A stretch of DNA of 64,000 nt from an uncultured virus (IMG/VR IMGVR_UViG_2905894795_000003) (IMGVR_UViG_2905894795_000003); one strand, 5' to 3'; counted from the first letter of the stretch, positions 1 through 10,928 are shown. Program-made: numbers and translations. The notes: generated by a model from the sequence alone, not told the origin.

Positions 1-1482
1 CTACCGGAAAGGCGGCTCATTAAACGTCCGCAGCTTACGCGAATGCAGCTTATCACCCTCAGCGCGCAGCAGCTCAACCGCGTGAATGCCAATCTGCAGA
101 TGCTCTGAAATCGCCCCCTCATAGAAGCGGTTCGCCTGACCCGGCAGCTTGATTTCGCCGTGCAGCGGTTTGTCGGAAACGCACAGCAGCGTGCCGTACG
201 GCACCCGGAAACGATAGCCCTGCGCGGCAATGGTGGCGCTCTCCATATCGACCGCTACCGCGCGGCTCAGGTTAAAGCGCAGGGCCGACGCGGAGTAGCG
301 CAACTCCCAGTTGCGATCGTCGGTGGTCACCACGGTGCCGGTACGCAGGCGCTGCTTCACCTCTTCACCTGGCATGCCGCTCACCGACTTGGTGGCGTCA
401 TACAGTGCGCGCTGCACTTCGGCAATGCTTGGCACCGGGATGTCTGGCGGAAGCACGCTATCGAGTACGTGATCGTCACGCAGATAAGCGTGGGCCAGCA
501 CATAGTCGCCGATCCGTTGGCTCTCGCGCAGACCGCCGCAGTGACCAATCATCAGCCACGCGTGCGGGCGCATCACCGCCAGATGATCGCAGATGGTTTT
601 GGCATTCGACGGGCCGACACCGATATTAACCAGTGTGATGCCGCGACGATTAGGTGAGGTGAGATGCCAGGCAGGCATCTGATGCTTCTTCCACGCCAGA
701 TCTGAGAGCATCGACTCGCTGTTGGCGGTATCGGCCGTCAGCACCACGTCACCCGCACAGGCCAGGCTGTCGTAAGGGGTGTTAGGATCGCGCACCTGCT
801 CAATTGCCCAGCGCACGAACTCGTCGACATAACGGGTATAGTTGGTGAACAGCACAAAAGGCTGGAAGTGCTCTACGCTGGTGCCGGTGTAGTGACGCAG
901 ACGGGCCAGCGAGAAGTCGGTGCGCAGCGCGTCGAAGTGCGACAGGGGGAATTTGGCGTCGGCGTGGAACAGACCGTCGGTAGTCTCATCGCCAATCTGT
1001 GACAGCTCGGTGGTCGGGAAGTGGCGCGCAATACCGGCGCTCATGGTGCGATCCAGCGACAGATCAGAACCGTCGATCACGTAAGGATAGGGGATCTCCT
1101 GGCTGGACGGCACCACGTCGATCTCCAGTTGATACTCTTTTTCCAGCATCTGAAGCTGTTCTGAAATATAGTGGCGCAGTAACGCCGGACGGGTAACGGT
1201 GGTGCTGTAACTGCCGGTATGGGTAAAGCGGCCCCAGGCACGCGTGCGATTCTGCTGCGGACCTTCACCGTGCCAGGTGATGCGCAGCTCCGGGTATACA
1301 AACAGTCCCTTTTCCCGTTCCGCGGCATTGGGGAGCGTGCCGTTTTCGGTAAACAGTTTAATCGCCGCACGCAGCGCATCAACGGCACCATCGTAAAGGC
1401 GTTCAAGTTCATCCAGCGCCTGCTGGCTGGTCAGGTTTTTCCGTAATGTCGGCATGGTTTCTCCTTCCATTTTTTTCCGCAA
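1..1482 (-). CDS. amn: AMP nucleosidase
   Basis: 493-aa ORF with NIGVGPSNAKT, IGHCGGLR, AVDMESAT and C-terminal KLHSRKLRTFNEPPFR typical of Amn; true start may be the second or third Met. Confidence 0.96.
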   Translation of the reverse strand: MRKKMEGETMPTLRKNLTSQQALDELERLYDGAVDALRAAIKLFTENGTLPNAAEREKGLFVYPELRITWHGEGPQQNRTRAWGRFTHTGSYSTTVTRPALLRHYISEQLQMLEKEYQLEIDVVPSSQEIPYPYVIDGSDLSLDRTMSAGIARHFPTTELSQIGDETTDGLFHADAKFPLSHFDALRTDFSLARLRHYTGTSVEHFQPFVLFTNYTRYVDEFVRWAIEQVRDPNTPYDSLACAGDVVLTADTANSESMLSDLAWKKHQMPAWHLTSPNRRGITLVNIGVGPSNAKTICDHLAVMRPHAWLMIGHCGGLRESQRIGDYVLAHAYLRDDHVLDSVLPPDIPVPSIAEVQRALYDATKSVSGMPGEEVKQRLRTGTVVTTDDRNWELRYSASALRFNLSRAVAVDMESATIAAQGYRFRVPYGTLLCVSDKPLHGEIKLPGQANRFYEGAISEHLQIGIHAVELLRAEGDKLHSRKLRTFNEPPFR

Positions 1483-1893
1483 TTTGCCCCAAGCTTAGCG
1501 GGTTTGTTGCAGAGATTGGTGAAGAATCTGTGATCGCCTTTTTTTTGCGCTAACGAAGCGCGTAATCTGAGCAGTGCGGCAGTGAGCCGGAACGCACATT
1601 ACGAAAATCCGTTAAGAAAATCTTTATTACCGCAACAGGCGATGCCGCCGTGTCTGTTGCGCTGCAACTGATAAAAGAGCAGCAGTGCAGCCGGTGGCAC
1701 CGTGATGACAGGCGATCGTAACCTACCGGAAATAATCAGGTTTGCTACAGCGGACGGCCCGGCGAGGCAGAATCTGCCGAATCTGAACTAAAAAGTTTGT
1801 AACCATGATTAATTTGTCCCGGAAAGACTTTGCATATTTCTCTGCTCACTATCATCATTAGATCTCGTCAGTCTCTTCTGATTTGGTAATCCT

Positions 1894-3132
1894 TTGCAAA
1901 ATCCCGGCGTAGCAGTGATGCAGGCGATTAAGCGCACGGCGTGGTACCCGAAACGCCGCTCTTATCGCACGCTCTACTGGCGTGAAATATCGCCATTAGC
2001 AGTGCCTATCTTCTTCGAGAATGCCTGTGTGCTGTTGATGGGCGTACTGAGCACCTTCCTGGTCAGCTGGCTGGGCAAAGAGGCAATGGCGGGCGTTGGC
2101 CTGGCCGACAGCTTCAATATGGTGATCATCTCGTTCTTTGCGGCTATCGATCTCGGCACCACGGTGGTGGTGGCGTTCAGTCTGGCAAAACGCAACGGCA
2201 AGCGTGCCCGCGCCGCCACGCGTCAGTCGCTGGCCATGATGACGATACTCGCCTTTGTGCTGGTGATCGCCATTGAGTTCTGGGGCCATCTCATCATTGA
2301 TGCCATCGCCGGTGCTGCCGAACCCAAAGTTAAAGCGCTGGCGCTGAGTTATCTGCAGACCTCTGCCTGGAGCTATCCGGCAGCCGCTATTACGCTGATC
2401 GGCAGCGGGGCGCTGCGTGGCGCGGGTAACACCAAAATCCCGATGCTGATTAACGGCGGCATGAACATCCTCAACATCATCATCAGTAGCGTGCTGATCT
2501 ATGGCTGCTTCTCGTGGGACGGTTTAGGGTTTATCGGTGCCGGGCTGGGTCTGACCATCACCCGTTATATCGGGGCGATCGCGGTGATTTACGTGCTGAT
2601 GATCGGCTTTAATGCCTCGCTGAAAATCACGCTGTCGAGCTATTTCCGGCGCTGGAACAGCAGCATTCTGATGGAAGTATTAGGTATAGGTGTGCCTGCC
2701 AGTATCGAGTCGGTCCTGTTCAACGGCGGTAAATTGCTGACGCAGGTGTTTGTGGCAGGCATGGGCACCAGTGAGATTGCGGGTAACTTTATCGCGTTCT
2801 CGGTCGCGTCGCTGATCAACCTGCCGGGCAACGCGCTGGGTTCAGCCTCAACTATCATTACCGGTACCCGTCTGGGCAAAAATCAGGTCTTCCAGGCGGA
2901 GCGTCAGGTGCGGCATGTTTTCTGGCTGGCGACGGCGTGTCTGAGCGCGATAGCGCTGCTGACGGTGCCGCTGGCCGGGTTGCTGGCGCGGTTCTACACC
3001 AGCGACCCGGAAGTGATCAACGTAACGAAACATCTGCTCTGGCTGAATGCGCTGTTTATGCCGCTATGGGCCGCGTCATGGGTGCTGCCGGCGGGTCTTA
3101 AAGGCGCACGTGATGCGCGGTACACTATGTAT
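1894..3132 (+). pseudogene. yeeO: MATE-family efflux transporter YeeO, 3'-truncated by prophage insertion
   Basis: Multi-TM MATE protein next to amn; similarity ends at LKGARDARYTMY, then the frame runs 17 codons into phage-end sequence and stops at 3186; last TM segments missing. Confidence 0.88.
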
Positions 3133-3219
3133 TGTAGCGCGGCAAAATATTTTGCACTGATTTGGAAGCTATTTTGCACTGCGTAAATCGAATTTGAGAG
3201 TGCAAAATACCTTCCAAAT
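3133..3219. repeat. Mu-like attR end with three putative transposase-binding sites
   Basis: TGTAGCGCGG start; TATTTTGCACT repeated at 22-bp spacing (ending 3158 and 3180); ATTTGGAAGCTATTTTGCACT (3160-3180) is inverted-repeated at 3199-3219 with 1 mismatch. Confidence 0.82.
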
Positions 3220-3352
3220 TGTGTGAAAAGCAATCTAAAAAATCTTTGTCTTTTTCTTTCTGTGGAGTGCAGTGGACTCGTCTTTTAAGTCGAGTTAATG
3301 TGCGCAGCAACACACGACTGTGTGATTTTTCACCAATCAGAAGGAATTTATT

Positions 3353-3598
3353 GTGAATTTTTCACTTATCCGTCAGAGCATGACAGATGACGCCTGTGAG
3401 ATTGTTTCAGCCCTCAGCCAGTCACCGGCGATTACCCTTCAGGCAATTCTTTTCATCACCAAGGGCAAGCCGCACACCACTCGTTTCATACTGGAACAAA
3501 TGGCGGTGCGTGGTCTGGCCGCTGATAACAACGGCCTGTGGCAGCTGACTGAGGCGTTCAGGGCTTCAGCGTGCCGGGCGACTGCTCAAAGTTGGTAA
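3353..3598 (+). CDS. small hypothetical phage protein, possibly winged-helix-like
   Basis: 81-aa ORF with aagga upstream, next to the phage end. Confidence 0.45.
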   Translation: MNFSLIRQSMTDDACEIVSALSQSPAITLQAILFITKGKPHTTRFILEQMAVRGLAADNNGLWQLTEAFRASACRATAQSW

Positions 3599-4343
3599 TG
3601 ATAAGTTCGGCAGCCTTATGGCCGTTATTGGCCCCGACCGAGTAAGTTGTGCTGGCCAACGAGATATCAAGCCCACCAAACACCCGGCGCATGTCCGGGT
3701 GATCGTTTACCGAGATCAAAACCTTACCTTTGACTGTACGCGCAAGGTTGGCCATCTGATCATACTGCTCAATACCAAAAGGCACACCGTAGCCCTGAGT
3801 CTGCCAGTAAGGCGGATCGAGATAAAAGAGAGTGCCTGAACGGTCATAACGGCGTATACATTCCTGCCAGTCCAGGTGTTCTATTGTTGCCCGGTGAAGC
3901 CTTAGCCATGCGTCAGACAGGGTTTCTTCCATTCGCAGAATATTAAGACTTGATGGGCTGGTGGCACTCGTGCCAAATGTGCGTCCCTCAGCCTTTGAAC
4001 CGAATGACAGCTTCTGGAGATAGTAAAAGCGTGCGGCCCGCTGAATATCGGTCAGCGTTTCGGGTGGTGTCTCGTTGAGCCATTTAAATATTTCACGGCT
4101 GGTTAAAGCCCATTTAAACTGCCTTATAAACTCTTCCAGGTGGTTCTGGATGATCCGATAAAGATTGACGATATCGCCGTTTATATCGTTCAGTACCTCT
4201 GCTTTTGAAGGCTCCTTCATAAAGAACAGCGCAGCGCCACCGCAGAATGGCTCTACATAGCAGGTGTGAGCCGGGAACAACGGGAGCAGGTGCTTAGCCA
4301 GTTTACGTTTTCCACCCACCCACGGGATGATGGTTGTTTTCAT
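3558..4343 (-). CDS. D12-class (Dam-like) DNA adenine methyltransferase
   Basis: PWVGGK, EPFCGG and DPPY motifs; RBS gagg before ATG 4343. Confidence 0.93.
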   Translation of the reverse strand: MKTTIIPWVGGKRKLAKHLLPLFPAHTCYVEPFCGGAALFFMKEPSKAEVLNDINGDIVNLYRIIQNHLEEFIRQFKWALTSREIFKWLNETPPETLTDIQRAARFYYLQKLSFGSKAEGRTFGTSATSPSSLNILRMEETLSDAWLRLHRATIEHLDWQECIRRYDRSGTLFYLDPPYWQTQGYGVPFGIEQYDQMANLARTVKGKVLISVNDHPDMRRVFGGLDISLASTTYSVGANNGHKAAELIITNFEQSPGTLKP

Positions 4344-4403
4344 TACTTGCCTCTTATTGATCCACAAAAACGATCAATTACCTTTGATTGATCGACGGAT
4401 TCA

Positions 4404-4450
4404 ATGATATGGGCAGGCAGCAGTTGTTAGCAGTTGCAGGGGTGAGGCGG
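4404..4450 (-). promoter_or_regulatory. activator-dependent late promoter (Pmom-like) of the Mu-like phage
   Basis: CCGCCTCACCCC-N29-TATCAT on the minus strand; same geometry as the motifs at 44704 and 56526. Confidence 0.6.
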
Positions 4451-4549
4451 GAGAAAAGATGCCTAAGTATTGATAAATCGTTGAATTTGATCGGATTACG
4501 CTCGCTGCATTGCAGATGCATGATGCTTTGCTTTAGCGAGGTGGCCACT

Positions 4550-4828
4550 ATGAAAAAACATGCTGTTTCAGAAGAAGTGCAATGGGAGATTCTGGATTAT
4601 CTGTATGACATACATCCCCAGAGATTGACAGAAAGTGAGTTTTGTGAAAATTTCGGTGAACCCGAAAATGCGGCGCTTATTGCTAATGTTCGAATACTGA
4701 TTGATGAGGGCTTAGTAAATCCCCTCGCTGTAATAAAGACCCTTACGCGAGAGGTTATTTTTCCTTCGGAGCTTAGGTTAACCCCTGCGGGGCTTAACCT
4801 CGTATCAAGCATTCCTGAAGAAGATTAA
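4550..4828 (+). CDS. hypothetical protein (92 aa, winged-helix-like)
   Basis: GAGGT RBS before ATG 4550; EILDYLYDIHP...LRLTPAG. Confidence 0.6.
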   Translation: MKKHAVSEEVQWEILDYLYDIHPQRLTESEFCENFGEPENAALIANVRILIDEGLVNPLAVIKTLTREVIFPSELRLTPAGLNLVSSIPEED

Positions 4829-4843
4829 ACCGTTAAGGCCCCG

Positions 4844-5056
4844 TCAGAGATCAATACGCAACATACTCTCTGTCGGGTCCGAGCCGTCAAGCCCCAGAGC
4901 GAGCTTCACCGTTAACTCAAGGGGCGCATCTGGTTTAGAGGTGATGGTGCTTTCGAGCACTTCATCAACTAAAACTCCATCAATAGCGACGCTATAACCC
5001 TTAAAATAGCCATGCTGATATAAATGAACTAACTGAACTTTGCTATTTTTCTTCAC
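4844..5056 (-). CDS. small hypothetical protein
   Basis: GTG start after aagga; 70 aa. Confidence 0.5.
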   Translation of the reverse strand: MKKNSKVQLVHLYQHGYFKGYSVAIDGVLVDEVLESTITSKPDAPLELTVKLALGLDGSDPTESMLRIDL

Positions 5057-5142
5057 AATATTTAATCCTTTCAAATTCTCTATTAAATAACGAGAAATGC
5101 GCCAGATTAACTGGCGCATGATGGCCGGAATGTTCGCGTTAA

Positions 5143-5595
5143 TTAAACCGCTTCAGCCGGTTGTCCTGCGTTTACCGCATCCTGACCATCGTCGATGCTG
5201 TGTTTATATTGCAGATTATCGACATAAGTCTGCACCTGCTGTTCTACTTCAGCTTTGTCCGCATCAATGACGGCGTCGGCCAGCTTCTCAGCAATGCCCT
5301 GAGCCTGGTCTGCAAATGCTGACTGGATTTTATCGAAGTTCTCACCGCATGCAGTGCGGACTGAGGCTTCATTGTGCAGGGTCAGGTGATTGACAAAGTC
5401 AGTCGCCGCAGCGGTGGCATCGTCTTTAGTCGGGCCGGTATAGATTGCGGCCAGAATGCCATCAACAACCACTTTACTGCGCAGTTGAGTGATAGCGGCT
5501 TTCTGGATATTGCCGGTGATATTAATTGTGCTCATGGTGTTTTCCTTTTTGGATTTACGGGTAAAGAACGTGCGCAGCCATGCCAGTAATTTCAT
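5143..5595 (-). CDS. hypothetical acidic protein, homolog of 26567..27022
   Basis: Shares YTG, LTLHN, ACG and YVDNLQYKHS.D.GQD with the 26567..27022 product. Confidence 0.8.
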   Translation of the reverse strand: MKLLAWLRTFFTRKSKKENTMSTINITGNIQKAAITQLRSKVVVDGILAAIYTGPTKDDATAAATDFVNHLTLHNEASVRTACGENFDKIQSAFADQAQGIAEKLADAVIDADKAEVEQQVQTYVDNLQYKHSIDDGQDAVNAGQPAEAV

Positions 5596-5752
5596 GGAAT
5601 CAGCTCGCTTAGATTTAGGATGTAATTAATAATTCTGGTTGATTCAGTATTTAGTCTGAATCAGTTATTCTCTTTGACCGCTCTATATATAATTATAATT
5701 GAAACTCCGAACCCATTAGCGCCCGTACTGGGGCGCTTTTTTTAACCTTTAT

Positions 5753-6176
5753 TTACGGTTTATCTGGCCAGGTAATTGCGCTATATCCCGTCTCATCGCC
5801 AACGCCGCTGAGATCCAGCTTTCGCAGCACTTTGGCGTATTTAGTCCACTCGATAAGGCTGGCTTTGTCGTCATCGCCGAGAATGCCTGCGCTTTCTTCT
5901 CTTTCCCACGCGGTCATGGTGGCGTTCGCAGCGGTGAGCAGGCTTTGACGTTGTGCTTCAGCTCTGGCCTGCCAGTCGATTACCGGGTCGGTCAGAACAG
6001 GCTTACCAGTGCCGTCCGGGGTAATGACCTTACCGTTTGCCTGACCATTGAGCAGAGTCTGGTATTGCTCATCCNACGGCATCGTCAGGCCAGCCGTCAG
6101 GAGAGGACTTATAATCATCTTCCAGCTCAGAGTGATAAAAGCCGTTATTTTTCGCACTGTAATAAATAGTATCCAT
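5753..6176 (-). CDS. tail fibre assembly chaperone (copy 1; spans N gap at 6075)
   Basis: MDTIYYSAKNNGFY...WPDDA...ITWPDKP; replacing the N with the 9 bp present in copy 2 restores a 143-aa frame. Confidence 0.85.
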
Positions 6177-6180
6177 ATTC

Positions 6181-7194
6181 TCACCAGCCTATAGCTTCCC
6201 AATACGCTCCGTTATTGTCCTGACCACATAAAAAACCAGCCTGCGTAACATTGCCTGCGGTTGCATAGTTATCTGAATAAACTGTGACACCATTATCTAC
6301 AGCAGTTACCTGCACGTTGGCGCAGGCATTTGGAAACGTGATTGGAAAATTAACTTGGTAATGTCCGCGAGTTCCGGCATTTATCGAACCCCACTGACGG
6401 ATGCGGCCAGTAGCGGAATTCTTTTCCCAGCCGCCCGCCAGATTAGCCGTTGCTGTTGTCACTGCGCCCGTCGCGCCGTTAACGCTCGTTACCGGATAAG
6501 GAGGCGGATTATTTTCGTAATACATAGCCCCCTCATCTGATGAGTCAACGGTCAGCCTGAGTTTCCCGTCAGCTCCCCAGCCAAGATAAATTTTATTAGA
6601 ACCCTGGTTTGCTCCCCCGCCCTGCTGAACGGCCACCCAGTTACCAACGTTTCCCAGACCTACATCTGATTTACCCAGGCTTACCGCACCTGTTTTACTG
6701 TTTACGCTGGTTACAGGATAAGGCGGTGGATTATTGTTGTAGAACAGCTCGCCCATTTGAGTAGAGTCTATCTGGAGAAGAGCTTTTTTGCCGTCCCAGC
6801 CTACATAGACCTTATTATCTTTCATGCCGGTGCCACCGCCCTGCTGTACAGCAACCCAGTTACCGACCTTATCAAGCGCAAGGGCTTCCCGGGCTTTGGC
6901 AGAGTCAGTCAGATCGGACAGGTTTTTATCTTTCTGCAGCGCACCGCTAACGCGGCTGTCGTCTTCTGCAAGAAACAGGACTTTCAGCGCCGTTAGTAGC
7001 TGATTAAGTTCACCTTTTTTTAGTGTTATATTCGCGGCCTCAATAACGGCGCAAACCTCTTCCTGAAGCGCATCAAACATGTCTGCATTAAGGTCTGTAG
7101 ACTGCCTGCCAGTTGACGGATCGCCATCTGTGAAGCCGTTTTTACCCTGCCCAAATTTGTCTTTCTGAGCCGTACTGGTGTCAATTCGATGCAT
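6181..7194 (-). CDS. tail fibre protein
   Basis: SfV-type N terminus [22 protein letters not shown]; two internal [12 protein letters not shown] repeats; QWG...FPITFPNAC...WEAIGW tip. Confidence 0.92.
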   Translation of the reverse strand: MHRIDTSTAQKDKFGQGKNGFTDGDPSTGRQSTDLNADMFDALQEEVCAVIEAANITLKKGELNQLLTALKVLFLAEDDSRVSGALQKDKNLSDLTDSAKAREALALDKVGNWVAVQQGGGTGMKDNKVYVGWDGKKALLQIDSTQMGELFYNNNPPPYPVTSVNSKTGAVSLGKSDVGLGNVGNWVAVQQGGGANQGSNKIYLGWGADGKLRLTVDSSDEGAMYYENNPPPYPVTSVNGATGAVTTATANLAGGWEKNSATGRIRQWGSINAGTRGHYQVNFPITFPNACANVQVTAVDNGVTVYSDNYATAGNVTQAGFLCGQDNNGAYWEAIGW

Positions 7195-7786
7195 TTTTTT
7201 TGTACTCCGTCACTTCATCCTGCCCGTCGTATGCAAAAACAACTACGGTGTGCGACGGGCAAAGCTTGTCTATTACGCACTCAACAACGGTGTCGCCCCA
7301 CGTTCGGAGCGCTTCGTTACACTTGCTGCGACACGTCATGCGCTTTACGTTCGCATTTTCTGGAATGTTGACTTTCCAGTAATAGCGCCAGTATTCGCCC
7401 CAATCCGCATCAGGGGATTTGTCATCGTTTTGGTACTGCGTGATTGTGGTCGTCGTGTACCCCAAGGCGTCAAGCTGTCGGCGGTAAAACGCCTCATTTA
7501 TCCCACCATAGCCGTTGACCTTCGCATCGAGGCGGCGCTGTCGTTGCGCCAGTGTCTGTACGCCATCCGGCGCACATGCATCAGGAAGGCCGCAAAGTGC
7601 CTCATAGCGGTCGATAAGCTCCACTGTAGAACCGGGGTCTATTTCTGTGGTTAAGTCCTGTGTGCGTTTATGTACGCGAGCCAGAGAAGGGGCTAACCCC
7701 TCCAGCAACGCGTTATCACCCTCCCATGCAGGACCTGGTGGAAGAAGGTTCACCAGCAATCGGGTGTACTCATCCTGAAGAGCCAT
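7181..7786 (-). CDS. baseplate protein, YmfQ/DUF2313 (Mu gp48-like)
   Basis: [19 protein letters not shown]; sits between baseplate J and fibre. Confidence 0.88.
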   Translation of the reverse strand: MALQDEYTRLLVNLLPPGPAWEGDNALLEGLAPSLARVHKRTQDLTTEIDPGSTVELIDRYEALCGLPDACAPDGVQTLAQRQRRLDAKVNGYGGINEAFYRRQLDALGYTTTTITQYQNDDKSPDADWGEYWRYYWKVNIPENANVKRMTCRSKCNEALRTWGDTVVECVIDKLCPSHTVVVFAYDGQDEVTEYKKNASN

Positions 7787-8868
7787 CAGCCGTTGTCCTT
7801 CTTCTCATAAGTTACCCAAGTGATTTCACCCAATACCGGTAATTCATATTGGGAAAGCTCGATGTCGCCGGTAGGAACCTCAATTCGGTGTGCAACGTCT
7901 CCCGAAGCAAGGCTGATCGCTTCACTGAAATCAGAGTAAAAAAGTTTTTCGGATGGCTTACCGGCACGAAGAAGGAAAGATTTAAGCTCTTTCTGTGCAG
8001 CCTGACGGATAGCGGCGGTGTCTTTGGCTAACGCTATAGTCATGTCGATTTTTTTGGCCGTAGGCGCAAATATCGTTAAGCCAGAACCGGCTACCGGCGC
8101 TAACGGCAAAATGTGTTGTCGGACTGCAGCAATCAGCGTGTCATCGGGGATAGGTGAATCAGGATTACTGGTTGCCACCATCACGCCAACAGTGCCAATG
8201 CCTGAATAGTGACGATACGTCCACGCCCGACTGATTCCGGCGATATCGGTAGCCCAGATAACATAATCCTCATCCGCGCCGCCCTGCGGGGTGTAATACC
8301 AGCGGGCCATAATCCGTGATCGCCATTCCTCTATGCTTTCGATATCCGTACCGCCTTGCACGGTATCGGCATATCCGGTTGATGAAAGCCCGGAGACAGG
8401 CTCCAGCAGCCTCAAGGCTACCCCATCGTCCGTGTTCGCTGCTGTGCCTGCCGTCTCTGCCTCAATCGGCGCTCGCAATACCCCATCAGCAACAGTTGCA
8501 TCTGCGGTCGTGGAAAATTCTGTTTGATCGTCTCGCTGAATAAGCGTTCCTGCTGGCAGAGTAATGACGTTCTGCACGCCCTCCCAGCGCACATAACCCG
8601 CCGCTGTTGTAGCCTGCTTACGTGGGACTCGTTTCAGATTACCGTGACGCACAAGCCAGCTTTCGTCGGCCTGATCGGGTAAAATATTGCGGGCCAGATA
8701 ATCGAGGTATCCATAAAGCGTATGCACCGCTGCGGCCATTACTCGCGCATAAACCTCAGCATCGAGACGGCGCAACAATACGTCATCCTCAAAGCGGGTT
8801 AACAAATCACTTCTGATCGTGCTGATCAACTCAGGCAGTTCAGGACGAGAAAAATCACTGTCAGCCAT
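7786..8868 (-). CDS. baseplate J / Mu gp47-like wedge protein
   Basis: [26 protein letters not shown] motifs. Confidence 0.92.
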   Translation of the reverse strand: MADSDFSRPELPELISTIRSDLLTRFEDDVLLRRLDAEVYARVMAAAVHTLYGYLDYLARNILPDQADESWLVRHGNLKRVPRKQATTAAGYVRWEGVQNVITLPAGTLIQRDDQTEFSTTADATVADGVLRAPIEAETAGTAANTDDGVALRLLEPVSGLSSTGYADTVQGGTDIESIEEWRSRIMARWYYTPQGGADEDYVIWATDIAGISRAWTYRHYSGIGTVGVMVATSNPDSPIPDDTLIAAVRQHILPLAPVAGSGLTIFAPTAKKIDMTIALAKDTAAIRQAAQKELKSFLLRAGKPSEKLFYSDFSEAISLASGDVAHRIEVPTGDIELSQYELPVLGEITWVTYEKKDNG

Positions 8869-9277
8869 TCAAAACTCCTTGCCAGATATCGTCAAAAATC
8901 AGAGCGTGCCTGCTGCCGTCACGCTGCCAGATAACAACGCTCAACTTCAGCGATGAAAGCCCCGTGCGTGAAACATCAATATCAATCCGGGCCGCTACGC
9001 CGTCTTCAGTCATCCAGGCAAGCGCCTGTTCGGCATAGTTCCGCGCACTGGCAACGGTGTTATTAGTAAGTTTGCTACGACTAAGCAGCCACAGGCGCGA
9101 ACCAATGCGATCATTGGCTACTGTCGGGTAACTGTCGCCCCACCAGCCAAAAGGTCGCTCTGTGTCATCGTCAGGCTCAGCTCTGCGCCAGGTGAAGAGA
9201 GATATAATTACTGCTCGTGTTAAAGGGTCGGTTATGTCGCTGGAATCAGTGAGTAAGCCATCAACGTAATAAATCAT
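8861..9277 (-). CDS. Mu gp46-like baseplate protein
   Basis: AVIISLFTWRRA, GWWGD, IGSRLWLL. Confidence 0.92.
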   Translation of the reverse strand: MIYYVDGLLTDSSDITDPLTRAVIISLFTWRRAEPDDDTERPFGWWGDSYPTVANDRIGSRLWLLSRSKLTNNTVASARNYAEQALAWMTEDGVAARIDIDVSRTGLSSLKLSVVIWQRDGSRHALIFDDIWQGVLNG

Positions 9278-9285
9278 CAGTTACC

Positions 9286-9867
9286 TCAGCCCATAAGTTG
9301 ACCGGGTTTCTTGGTCGTGCCGCCCGTTGAGTCCACATGATCGTGATCGTCGTATACCTCCCGGATAGCGGCCATTGTTCCTTTGCCGTCACTCATATCT
9401 TCAGCCGCTTTAGCGCTACCCGACATATCCACCAGCGGGGTATTCATGGCCGCTTTGTTAGTAGCGTTAAGCTCAATATCAGGCGCAGTAAGGCCAATTT
9501 TCTTTGTTGCGGTGACTTTCAGCTCCCCCGTGGACATTTCGATAACATTTCCGCGCTTCAGCACTATGCTGTCGCCCTCGTCGGTATAAATGGCTACCTC
9601 ACCCTGTTTAAGCCCTTTAAGCCGGTAGCGGCGGTCTCCTACGGCCAGCACAACACCATGAGAGCGATCCCCTCCCGGAAACAGAATTACAGCCTCTGCA
9701 CCGTTTTGAGGGGCAGACGTGAAGCCGTAAGATTCGAGGTGCTCCACATTTTCTTTAAGCGAACCGGCCAGCATCTTCACCCCAACCATCTGACACTTCT
9801 TAGCTGTATCGAGGCCAGTTATCACGACGCGGGAAACGATGTTCGCTATGCTGCTTCTTATGCTCAA
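9286..9867 (-). CDS. baseplate spike, Mu gp45/V-like
   Basis: YGFTSAP, GGDRSHG, DRRYR and C-terminal HDH. Confidence 0.92.
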   Translation of the reverse strand: MSIRSSIANIVSRVVITGLDTAKKCQMVGVKMLAGSLKENVEHLESYGFTSAPQNGAEAVILFPGGDRSHGVVLAVGDRRYRLKGLKQGEVAIYTDEGDSIVLKRGNVIEMSTGELKVTATKKIGLTAPDIELNATNKAAMNTPLVDMSGSAKAAEDMSDGKGTMAAIREVYDDHDHVDSTGGTTKKPGQLMG

Positions 9868-10928
9868 AATGAATCGTCCTCCTGCTTTTTATGCTTTTTG
9901 AGTTTCGGCGGTTTGGGCAGGTACGCATCAGCAGGGCCAACCCTCAGCTCTGAAAGCGTGCCACTCTGGTTCAGGGTGTAGGTGACTTCAGCGATAACCA
10001 TTTCGCGGTTGTTAAAGCCCAAAACGGGGTCGTACACAATAACGCGCATGTTCGGACGCCATAGATCGCCACCACCCTGACGCCAGCCCTGTACGGTGTA
10101 AGTCGTTTCGTCAGTTTTGGCCGCACGTTGCTTTGCCTCAAATTCGCATCGATATTTGCAGGTCGCGGTTGTCGCCATGCCGGTTTGCTGTATCTGGTGT
10201 GGACGGTAACGCCCTACAGCTGCGTCTCTGGATGTGTTCTTAATGGCCGCAATCGTAGCCTCTCCAAAATCATCATCGTTCCCGGCTCGCTGGCCGCTTA
10301 CCTGATAATCAGAGAAACGCTCACGAATACTACGTTCGGTATCACAGGACAGGATGTTATCGCCCAGCACCAGCGCCGTGCTGGCCTTGCCTGAACCTAC
10401 CGTTCCAATAATCAACTGACCTTTCTCGTCGTCGTAGGCCAGCGCCTGACTCTGACCCAAAAGCCGGTTAAGAACGTCAACTACCGTTTCACCATGTTCA
10501 GGCTGCGCTTCAATAAGGGAATCGGTAGGCGCGCCATTGTCTATCACTGTGACGCCAAACGGCTTTGCCAGCGTGGTAGCGATCTGGATGAGCGTTTTTC
10601 CTGTGTGCTGATTGGCTACTGCTGAACAGTCAATCAGGTCAGCCGTCAGACTGCGGCCAACTATCGACATTGATATTGAGGTAGCGTCATAGCGCACCGG
10701 CAACGCCTCAACCCAGCCCGTTAAAACAAGGTCTGTTCCAATCAATACCTCAACCCGGTCACCATTTTTTATTTTGGGAACGGCTTTGTTTTCGTTATCG
10801 CCAGGCCACTGGCTGGTTATCTCAACATTAAAATCCCGCGCCATGCGATCAATGCCCGCACTGATACGTATCGACGTCCAGCCGCACCATTCACGACCGT
10901 TAACACGAAGGAATACTATGTTATTCAT
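9864..10928 (-). CDS. baseplate hub, Mu gpP/gp44-like
   Basis: GWTSIRISAGIDR, DLIDCSA, YTVQGWRQ. Confidence 0.9.
   Translation of the reverse strand: MNNIVFLRVNGREWCGWTSIRISAGIDRMARDFNVEITSQWPGDNENKAVPKIKNGDRVEVLIGTDLVLTGWVEALPVRYDATSISMSIVGRSLTADLIDCSAVANQHTGKTLIQIATTLAKPFGVTVIDNGAPTDSLIEAQPEHGETVVDVLNRLLGQSQALAYDDEKGQLIIGTVGSGKASTALVLGDNILSCDTERSIRERFSDYQVSGQRAGNDDDFGEATIAAIKNTSRDAAVGRYRPHQIQQTGMATTATCKYRCEFEAKQRAAKTDETTYTVQGWRQGGGDLWRPNMRVIVYDPVLGFNNREMVIAEVTYTLNQSGTLSELRVGPADAYLPKPPKLKKHKKQEDDSF

Noticed and set aside
3133..3186. YeeO C terminus CSAAKYFALIWKLFCTA as a natural variant
   Set aside because: Encoded by the phage end repeats; read-through of a truncated gene
5753..6202. Apparent frameshift/pseudogene in chaperone copy 1 and tandem 89-bp duplication in copy 2
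   Set aside because: Both coincide with N characters, and simple gap correction restores full frames
6181..7194. Diversity-generating retroelement acting on the tail fibres
   Set aside because: No reverse transcriptase ORF in the window, and differences between repeats are not adenine-specific
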